DNA of 35,686 bases from Kipferlia bialata (lineage: Eukaryota): contig BDIP01000056.1 in assembly GCA_003568945.1 (NCBI GenBank), positions 1 to 35,686 of the forward strand. Direction: 5' to 3'. This document shows, piece by piece, positions 1 through 11,100 of the stretch; the first letter of the stretch is position 1, and every line of letters begins with the position of its first letter. The notes under the pieces were generated by a model. It made no database searches, was not told the DNA's origin, and was given only the letters and a program-made list of their open reading frames with translations. Both the position numbers and the translations under genes were made by a program.

Positions 1-54
<54 letters not shown>
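1..54. repeat. (AT)n(AG)n compound microsatellite, representative of dozens in the SOD/ABCA introns
   Basis: Directly visible; similar tracts at e.g. 1175-1208, 2107-2134, 13652-13685, 24083-24108 and 26047-26087. Confidence 0.98.
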
Positions 55-789
55 GCCTTCAAGACCAAGATGGTCAACGGAGGTAATGCCGGGTAGATAT
101 ATATATGTGTGTATATATATATACATAGAGAGAGAGAGAGAGATGGTCAACGGAGGTATGGCCGGGTAGATATATTGAGTATGCCGAGTATTCCCCTCCC
201 CACCCTCTCTCTTTCTCTCTCTACATGTCTTTCCCCTTCCCCCCCTCACCCCTTAGGCCTTGGTGTCTTTGGCTCCGGCTGGGTCTGGCTCATCAAGAAC
301 AAGGACGGCCAGCTCGAGGTCGTGACCACCATGGCCCAGGTATGCATCTCTCTCTCTCTCTCTCTCTCCGACTTGTTATATGATATTATATGTATGTATA
401 CCCTTGTTGGTCGTGACCACCATGGCCCGGGTATGCATCTCTCTCTCTCTCTCTCCCTCCAATATATCCCTATAGTAATGATTGGGATTCTTTGGCTGTT
501 CTCTCTTTCTCTCTCTATCTGCACCCTTATTGTCAGGACAGGCCCCAGGGCACTCTCCTCCTCGCCCTCGATGTGTGGGAGCACGCCTACTACCTCGACT
601 ACGAGAACAGGAGGGCCGGCTTCCTCGAGGTATATATCTCCCTCCCCCCCTCTCTCTCTCTCTCTCTCAGATTCCTAGTAATGTGTCTCACTTTAGTCTA
701 ATACTTCTTTTACATTCATACTATATATTGACCCCTAGGCCATCTGGGGCAAGATCAACTGGGAGAACGTGGCCAAGCGCAACGAGTAA
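55..789 (+). CDS. SOD: Fe/Mn superoxide dismutase, C-terminal part (5' end outside window). Exons ~55-82, 257-339, 537-629, 739-789
   Basis: GT-AG spliced translation [84 protein letters not shown]. Contains the FGSGW and DVWEHAYY signatures. Segment 55-82 follows an (AG)n tract and could itself be an echo copy. Confidence 0.95.
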
Positions 790-1095
790 GCACCCGGCTG
801 CCACACCTAAGTGATGATTGCTATACACTACCCAGTCGGGACGCCGGCTGATACAGTGTGTGTGTCCAATGCGTGTTTTAGTTTTGAATGGCCATTCTTT
901 TCCTTAGAGTCAGAACACAAATAGATACAGCAATCTCTCTTCTGTGTGTTTGTGCTTTACTTTTTGTGGTCTATTGTTACAGTAATTATAGGTAAACGTA
1001 TGGGTCCATACAATAAACCTATCATTAACTCTCCAGTCTATTTTGTTGCAGGGAGTAGAGTGGACTCTGACTACTCTCTCTCCCTCTCTCTCCTA

Positions 1096-1173
1096 TCACT
1101 GTGTCACTAGGAATGAGCTGGCAGGGGCGCTGGCCTCATCCTCTAGTGGCCTAGAGTGAGATATATATGTATT

Positions 1174-1208
<35 letters not shown>

Positions 1209-2102
1209 GTACTGGCCTCATCCTCGAGTGGCCTGGGAGTGAGATGAGTACATTTATGTATACAGAGAGAGAGAGAGGGAGACAATACCTTCTCCCTGCC
1301 CTCCCTCTGTGCCGCACTGACACAAGAGAGAACAAGGAGCGGATTAAGTAGATCTAGATAGATATGCCTACACATATATGTACCTGCTCCCTACTCTCCC
1401 TCTGTGCCGCACTGACACAAGAGACCAGTGATAATATATACACTAATGTATGATGTATATACATACCTCCTCCCTGTCCTGCCTCTGCCCCACTCTGACA
1501 CTGAAACATCGGAGTCCTCAACAGTGCCTGGGGAGTGAGAAATAATAGGCATTGGCCATTTTGAACAGAAGACTATTGTTCTACTCCTCTACTTGTCATG
1601 GTAAGTAAACTTAGACAACTGATATACTAGCATTAGTAATACTAATGCAATGATGCTTTCTTTACCTGCGGATGTCTCTTCCACTGCCCCCTCCACCACA
1701 CTGAGGAATGCACCCTCGAGACCAGATATATATATATATATATTCATATATTAACAAATACATATATGTATATAGATACACCCACCTGCTGATGTCATCT
1801 CTACGGCTCCTTCCACCACGTTGAGGAAGGCACCCTCGAGGGATGAGAACACAAGGCCATACTCATGGGCTATGCCCTCACTCTTGAGGGCTATTAGCTC
1901 CTAGGGGATGAGTACAGTGTAAGTATGTGTATATAGATATGAATACAAATATATCTATATNNNNNNNNNNNNNNNNNNNNNNNNNNNNNNNNNNNNNATA
2001 CAAATATATCTATATATCTATATGCAGTGTAATAGTAGAGAGGACAAGGCCACACTCATGGGCTATGCCCTCAGTCTTAAGGGCTATTAACTCCTGTGGT
2101 TA

Positions 2103-2141
<39 letters not shown>

Positions 2142-5100
2142 TTTCTCATAAAATCACATATTATCACGTACCCTCAGCACCTCTGAGACTGTGTGGCCAT
2201 ATATATTGTGCTATATATACATATGTATATAGAGGGGGTATCTATTATATACACGTACCCTCAGGACCTCTGAGACTGTGTGCCCATAGGCCAGGGTGAA
2301 CTGAGAGACAATGCGGCATGGGGTGAGAACAGAGGACTATACATGTATAGATACATACAGATAAGCTACTGAAATAGAACGAAACCATATATATATGCCG
2401 TAGTGAATGGGAGACAATGCGGCCTAAAGTAAGCACAGAAGTGTAGTTCTATACATATATGCTATAGAGGTATGTACTGTGTGGGGTCATATATCATACC
2501 TGACACCGGTGTCTGCTGTAACCAACTATATATATATGGGGGCATACACTAATGTATTATATACCATATCATACTATACCATACTATCCTAATGTATCCT
2601 ATCCCATACCTGACACCGGGGTCTGCTGGGATGCCGTGTTGACAATGTGGCTGTTGACCAGGAAGAGTCTGTCAGTTAGAGGCCAGAGACTTGGGACCCA
2701 GCTCTGATATGAAAACAGAGACCATTTTACCTGTTTTGCACTTGAGTCCCATTGCTGGGTGCGTGTTTGACCGATATCAGATACCCACTGCCATATCTGG
2801 CCTTGAGGTGGAACCTCGATCCAATGGCCTGCATCTGGCCTACAGTCAGTATCGCGTAAGAATTGTGTCTTCGTGTGAATAAGAGGATCCTATATTATTA
2901 TATATAGGCCAATGGCCAATGGCCTGCATCTGGGCCTGGAAGTCAGTATCGCGTAAGATATTGGATTTAAAAGAGGACACTGAATCAGTATCGCGTGAGA
3001 TTTATGTTCGTTGTGGGAATTAGAACCTCTCACCTGCCACCATAACGCCTATCTTCTGGGACAGGGCATCGGCCTCCTCCATCTGGGGGTTAGGCATGGG
3101 TATACACATGTTTACAATATAACTCATATTAGTATACATATATAGAGAGACACGGACAATAGAGTAAGAGAATTGGAGAGTGATAGACGGGGCATCAGCC
3201 TCCTCCATCTGGATGTTAGGTGTTAGTGTACATACGTATACATAGTATCGATTATACTGATGGTCAATATACACAATCCCCTCACGTTGTGTGTTGTCAG
3301 CAGCAGCACCATGTGCTCCTTGGCCTTGTCGATGGTCTACTCTCTCTCTCTCTCTACATATATAGTNNNNNNNNNNNNNNNNNNNNNNNNNNNNNNNNNN
3401 NNNNNNNNNNNNNNNNNNNNNNNNNNNNNNNNNNNNNNNNNNNNNNNNNNNNNNNNNNNNNNNNNNNNNNNNNNNNNNNNNNNNNNNNNNNNNNNNNNNN
3501 NNNNNNNNNNNNNNNNNNNNNNNNNNNNNNNNNNNNNNNNNNNNNNNNNNNNNNNNNNNNNNNNNNNNNNNNNNNNNNNNNNNNNNNNNNNNNNNNNNNN
3601 NNNNNNNNNNNNNNNNNNNNNNNNNNNNNNNNNNNNNNNNNNNNNNNNNNNNNNNNNNNNNNNNNNNNNNNNNNNNNNNNNNNNNNNNNNNNNNNNNNNN
3701 NNNNNNNNNNNNNNNNNNNNNNNNNNNNNNNNNNNNNNNNNNNNNNNNNNNNNNNNNNNNNNNNNNNNNNNNNNNNNNNNNNNNNNNNNNNNNNNNNNNN
3801 NNNNNNNNNNNNNNNNNNNNNNNNNNNNNNNNNNNNNNNNNNNNNNNNNNNNNNNNNNNNNNNNNNNNNNNNNNNNNNNNNNNNNNNNNNNNNNNNNNNN
3901 NNNNNNNNNNNNNNNNNNNNNNNNNNNNNNNNNNNNNNNNNNNNNNNNNNNNNNNNNNNNNNNNNNNNNNNNNNNNNNNNNNNNNNNNNNNNNNNNNNNN
4001 NNNNNNNNNNNNNNNNNNNNNNNNNNNNNNNNNNNNNNNNNNNNNNNNNNNNNNNNNNNNNNNNNNNNNNNNNNNNNNNNNNNNNNNNNNNNNNNNNNNN
4101 NNNNNNNNNNNNNNNNNNNNNNNNNNNNNNNNNNNNNNNNNNNNNNNNNNNNNNNNNNNNNNNNNNNNNNNNNNNNNNNNNNNNNNNNNNNNNNNNNNNN
4201 NNNNNNNNNNNNNNNNNNNNNNNNNNNNNNNNNNNNNNNNNNNNNNNNNNNNNNNNNNNTTGTGTGTAGTGAGTAATAGCACCCTGTGCTCCTTGGCCTT
4301 GTCGATGGTCTACTATATATATATATATACATATAGTATATATATAGTATATACATTGTCTATACTACTCACATTGTGAGTAGTCAACAGTAGCACCCTG
4401 TGCTCCTTGGCCTTGTCGATGGTCTTCCACACACTCCTCCTGGTCATGGGGTCTAGACCGCTGGGGTGTAAGAGAATGACTCCATTGTCTGTATGTGGGA
4501 ACACACATTGTAATGAATACTCATAACATGAACTCACGTTGATGGCTCGTCCAGTATCAGCACCGAAGGTGACCCTATCATGGCTATGCCCAGAGATAGC
4601 CTAAGGGGTAAACTTACATTACTAACTGTGATATGTATACCTATACTGACTATTTCTTCGCAATACAATGATACAGAAGTATATCTATACCTCCTACGCA
4701 TGCCCCCACTGAGTGCGTCTGCCCTTCTGTGTATGGCACACTATATATATATACATGCACACTTACATATATATACTTACACTGAGAGAATTCTTACCGT
4801 CTACGCATCCCTCCACTGAGTGCATCAGCTCTTCTGTCTATGGCCGGACTGAGGTCCAGGAACTTGACCAGACCCTCAACCACAGAGTGCTCCTGATAGA
4901 TGAGAGTATATATAGAACATATATAGAATACATATTATATATGTACTATGTATACAATATATGATCCTATATATATATATTAATATGGAGGAACTTGACC
5001 AGACCCTCCACCACAGAGTGCTCCTATGATAAGAGTACATTTAGAACATATCGTACCGTATACACATATATTGTCTCACAATGTATATGTATGTAATACT

Positions 5101-8100
5101 AATATATTATTACATATACATATATAAGTATAGCTCTTTACACACCATCTTCCGCTGGACCCCTCTGATTCTGCAGAACAGGGAGAAGTGCTGGCGGACA
5201 GTGAGGGAGGGGAAGTAGCTGGGGGGTGAGATGAGGGTCAATGTCAGTATATACAATGAGAGAGACTATACATGAAGAGAGAGAGACACTATTGCACGTA
5301 CACGTCGTGCTGTGGGCAGAGGCCTAGGTGTTTCTGCACACTCCCAGGCCGTCTGGCCACATTGTCACCTGACACAAAGGCTGTGCCTCTGATATGTGAG
5401 ATATAGGAACATATAGAGTATACTCATAGTATTCTGAATATATTTATATATATATGACATCGTATGGCCAGTGGCCATTGGCCACACTGTCACCACTTTG
5501 TGACTTGTACGACCGACACCGCGAAAGATGGATATATCAATTGGGTAGTGTCTGTACCTGGTGGGTGCCGTGAGACCAGTGACTGCTCTGATTGTAGTAG
5601 TCTTGCCTAGGGTGAGGACAAAGGAATATCAACTATCACTGTACACCAAAGCACTCGACACTATGAGAGTATTCAAGGATAGGCCCTAACCTGCTCCGTT
5701 TGGCCCTAACAGTGCCATTGCCGTGTTGTTCTCCACATAGAAGCAGACGTCTCTGACAGCCACAAACCTGGGTTCAGAGGTAGATAATGATCAGCTTATA
5801 CCCTTCCAAAGACTCTCACTGTAACGGAAACACACGTGTAAGTAGTATACAGCAACGGAAAGCATATCAAGGACCTATACCTTGGCGGGTAGTACTTCTG
5901 CAGGTTGGTCACTATCAGCGGGTGCTGGTCTCTGGTGCACAGGGCAACCTCCTTCCTGGGGGTGAGGTTAGTATTGGTTATGGGTATCATACACTGATCA
6001 TACATGTATAGGTATATATATGTGTGTGTGTCTGGTGCACAGGGAGACAGCCTTCCTGGGGTATCAGAGGGGAATATCAGTGATAGTCTATCACTATCTC
6101 TAAACAGCGGTTATCCCTGAGTATCCTAACCTCTCCTCCAACACATCTGTGTCAACAATGCCATACTATATATATATATGTGTATATGTATATGTATATA
6201 TGTACATATACTATGCCTGTACCTCTCCTCCATCANNNNNNNNNNNNTGTATATATGTACATATACTATGCCTGTACCTCTCCTCCATCACATCTGTGTC
6301 AACAATGCAATACTATACATATATCTATATATATATAAGTGTACATATACCTTGCCTGTACCTCTCCTCCATCACATCTCCCTCTAAATATGTATATACG
6401 AGTACATATGTACTCATATATTTACATATATATATATATGAGTGTGTGTGTGTATATATCCCTCACCTCTCTTCCATCACATCTGTGTCCACTTCGTCGT
6501 GTCTCATGACGGTGTCCCTCACATTGTGTCTCCGAGGACGTCTGCAGGGCACTAGTGTCAGACACACATATATATATATATATAGTTAGATGGAATAGAA
6601 CTTAGTCCTCAATTAATAGTATATATATAGAAAGCCTCAGAGAGAGAGAGAGATGCATCAGGAACACTTCTAGTAAATCAGTACCTGGGAGCAGTGGGAT
6701 GGTATGTCATGAATGACTATACTAATATATACATATCGCAGCAGATGGTATGTATATACACACGTATGTATTGGTTTAGATAGTGTTCTGTCGAGTGTAC
6801 CTGGCAGCAGTGGGATGGACAGCCTGATGGCCCTCCCTCTACGGACACCAGTCTTGTCAGCAACACTGGTAGTCACCTAGGTATGAGTAGGGGAGAAGAT
6901 TGTTTGCTGAAAGAGTGCGTCAAAGGAACAATGGATTGTCAGCATAGACCAAAGAGTACCTCTGTGCCCGGGTCAACAGTAGGCAGAGAGGGGACTGGTG
7001 CACCGTACTCAGCTGGAAGCAGGTCGGCAAGCAGTGAGTGGCACAATAGTGATAAGCAACAAGTATAAGTGAATACATGACAGAAGTGTCCATGGTGTGA
7101 CAGATCCAATACCTATGGGTGGCAGGTGGCCCTGAAGAGTAGGGACCTCTAGTACGCCGTCATCTGGAGGTTAGAAGGACCCAAGTACGCAGATTTACAT
7201 ACCACTACTTGTGCTGCACTACGATATATAGATTGACACTTGTTAATACAAAATACATAGTATACATAGTATATGTGTAGAGTACCTTGGTTCTCGTTGG
7301 GCTGTCTGGCCTCTCTCTCCCCCTCTGTCTCTACCCCCTGCACTGACCCCTCCTGGTCCCTCACACTGCTCATCATGGCCAGTGTAAGACCTTCTGAGAC
7401 TGACTGGGGTGGGTATATATACTATACTACCTGTCTCATTGGATGAACACAATGATTAGGTACGAAATAGAGAGTAACAGGAGATTCTTTGAAAAGACAC
7501 AGACTACCTGGTTGACTATAAATGTGATGCTTGTCACAGACAATAGAGACTATAGTACCTGGTTGACTATGAATGTGGGTGTGGCTGACTCAGCGTGTGA
7601 GTCCCCAGTTGCAGTAACATAGGTGACATCAGTCGTGTCCACACTCTCACTCTCCCGCTGCCCACTTGCACTGTCTCGCTCTGTCTCACTCTCGACAGAG
7701 GCTGTGGGAAGTGGCGTAGCGGCAAGGCCTTAGCGTGAGTGCAAGAGTATAGTGTGTGGAGTGGTTACGGTGTATTCACTAATGCAGGAAATTCTCTGTA
7801 TACAGGATGCCTGGTAAGACTGGTACACCACTAGACTACACTTGGTCTCTCTTACCTGCGAACTCCTCCCTCTTCAATGCGGAATTGTCTACCTGGGGGT
7901 GAGACAACACACTGTCATAGAACAGAGCATAAGTGAAACATCAGGCAGAGAGAATAGCCATGCCTTCCCCCCTCTGACCCTATAGTACCTATAGTAATAT
8001 ACTATATATATACTGTAGTAGTAGAGTGTACATATATATAGCTACTTATGTATACAGTCATACCTGCCCTCTGACTGCCATGGCTGTAACACTGGATATA

Positions 8101-11100
8101 GAAGGAGAGACATTTACTACATAGCTATTGTATATATTAGTATATATATATTACTATATAGCCATACCTGCCCCCCTCTGACCGCCATGGCTGTGGGCAG
8201 CATGGACGTCTCCTCAATACTACATGTAGTCTTTAGTAACATGGCAGTATATATATATATATACATCAATAAGAGTAGGTTACACACCTGCCCCCCTCTG
8301 ACTGCCATGGCTGTAGGTAGCATCGATGTCTCCTCATCCTCAGTCTCTACTGGGTTGGGACTTAGCTGCCGTACTAGGGTAAGAAGAGACAGAGACATAA
8401 ATACAGCAGTATCAATGTATGGATATGGGCACACGTACCCGCGTCACCTTCGATAGACATATACAAGCAAAGACAGAAGTGTATACACGTACCCCCATCC
8501 ACGAGTTGAGCACTCCTCACCACCCTCTCTCTCTCTCTCTCATGTGCATAGTCGGTGTCAGCTGGTGACTCCACCATGGCACTAGGACCTGCTGTGTCCT
8601 GGATCACGGCATAGGGCGCTGTCACTATACCCTCTACCCCTATAGTGAGCGTTAGAGTATATATATAGACATATACATTTAGACATTCTGGATCACGGCA
8701 TAGAGCTCAGTCACTAGCGTCTCTGCATCTTCACTTGCAATAAGGACACATCTAGTGTGCTCAAAAGCAATAACAAGTCATAATACACATATACACCGAG
8801 TGTACCTTCTCCCTTCCCTGCCTTCCTCAACCTAAACAGGGGAGAGACAGCAAACCGAACCATCCGGAAGAGGACATCAAGGAGACTAATGATGGGGTAG
8901 AAGACAGAGCGACGGACACCGAGGGTACCCTCGTGATGAGAATATATGAATCCCACGCAGTATAGATACAGAGGGTATATTTGCGGTTGTATTACTGAAA
9001 AATTAGTGTCCCACACACACCTTCTTTGGAATGACTGCATCAAAGTACACGGCAAGCACAAGGTACAGGGCTAAGGTGAGAGAAGACACAATAACGGCAA
9101 GTAATACGGAAAGAGCCCAAAGGATGCAAGACAGTAGTTTTACCCGATACTCACTTCAAACCTTGACTGCCTCTCCTAGCAGTGTGGTATGCTAGTATTG
9201 TACTAGGACTATGTAGTATACACAATATAGATTCTTTGTAATCTAGAATATGTGCCACGTACCTCCGACCTTGACTGCCTCCTCTAAGAGTGGCATCAGG
9301 GGTGACACAAGGAGGGTATCCACATTGTACCCCCTAAAGGTCATCTTGCCAACCAGAGCAACACAGAGCTGGAAATGAGAGAAGGTCAAATAGCGTTGAT
9401 ATATATCACCGTCGTGTAGATAGTACTTAGCAGAGTTCTCACAGCGAATATACCATCATCGTGTAGAAAACGTACCATTGGGGGCACGTATGCGTGCCAG
9501 AGAGTGACAGGGTCATAGACACTGAAGCATATGACAGTAACAATGGCTGTGCAGCTGTAGAAGGCGTTCAGAAGGACACTGGAGACCTGGGGTTAGGGGA
9601 AGACATTACTCACTATATGGTGGGACCAAGGGGAGTATGAGAGGGAGGGTGAGGTACAAGTATGATAAGAGTGTAAAGAGAGGTATATACCTTGGTGTTG
9701 GGTAGGAATGCCGAGGCCAGCATCGAGAAGCACACTATGTTGAAGTAGAGGCTGCCCAGCACGATGGCGAGGGCTCCAAACGACATTCTACGCGGTTAGA
9801 GGGCAATATAGATTTCTATGCGACATTGCTGATATCCAATACCTCGTCATGGCGTCGATACTGAATATGTGGCCAGTCACATAGAGAGCCACGGTCATTG
9901 CGCCACCTGAGGGTGAGACAAACGAGTGACCAATAGCATCCATAGTTTAGAAGCAGAATAGTTGAAAGAGCCACTGAGAGGTGTATGATTCATCACTCAC
10001 ATAAGAGCATGTCGTATGCGGAATTGATTAGAATTACCATTAGAATCAGAGTAAATCCTTCCTTACTATATATATACTACCACTCACATAGTAACATGTC
10101 GTGTGCCAGCAGTACTACATATCTACATACAAAACATATATACTATATGAATTCTCACTTACATAAGAGCATGTCGTATGCCAGGAGTGTCAGCCAGTAC
10201 AGGTGGGCTGGCATCCCCTTGAGCTGCAGGAGGCTGAACAGCTTCAACTCTCTCTCCATGACTTAACGTGAGAAAGAGGGACAGATACACTAAAGTATTG
10301 AACGACATTTGGACAGCTTCAACTCTATCTCAATGACTGGGGTCAAAAGAAGGGACAGATACATACTCTCCACAGCCTCTAAATAGTTGATGATGAGAAT
10401 CTACGCGATACCTGGCTGGAATGCGAGTACAGGCAGCACGCTGAGTATGGCTATGGACACAAAGATGACAGCTGTGAATAGGGCCATGGTCTCTACGAGT
10501 ACACCAAAGGAGTAGTCCCTGGTGTATTGGAAGGGCTGGAAGGAGGCCGTGATGCCTATGGTTAGGAGGTATATATATACAGGTAAGAAATGAGTATTGT
10601 ACATTAGTACATTAGTATACAGAGGCGTGTAGTAGAAGGGTGGGAAGGAGGCAGTAATGCCTGGGGTCAACACACTGGGATATATGTTATAGGAGGCATG
10701 CCAACAGACATATATATATGTATGTATTGAACATACTACTGTACCTGCCGCATCTCGTGTCTGTCCAGTGGCTGACCGAAGGGCTGCACCGCTCAGCTGG
10801 GGGGTGAGATAACGCATAGACAGAAAGGTAGAAGATTTATGGCAAGGAAATGGTAATCTGGAGTTGTGGACACCCCACTGGGCAGAGAGAGTTCTTCATT
10901 GACAAAGATATACCATGCAATTGTCATCCTATACCTTCGCGTGTATGTCATTGACCAGTGACACGTGGGGAGGCAGGGAGAACGGGTTGGAGAACAGACC
11001 TGAGCCTCTGGGGGTGAACGCAAACACGACGACATATGCAATACATTGATAAGTGGGAATCATGATCTCTCCCTTAAGAGTAGCATCAATGAATACCTTG

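Noticed and set aside
2704..2730. 27-nt mini-intron in ABCA
   Set aside because: A better branch-point acceptor (ctaactgacag, ~2670) gives the in-frame continuation LFLVNSHIV.
3020..4356. Four 338-420 aa ORFs
   Set aside because: Artefacts of translating through the N gap.
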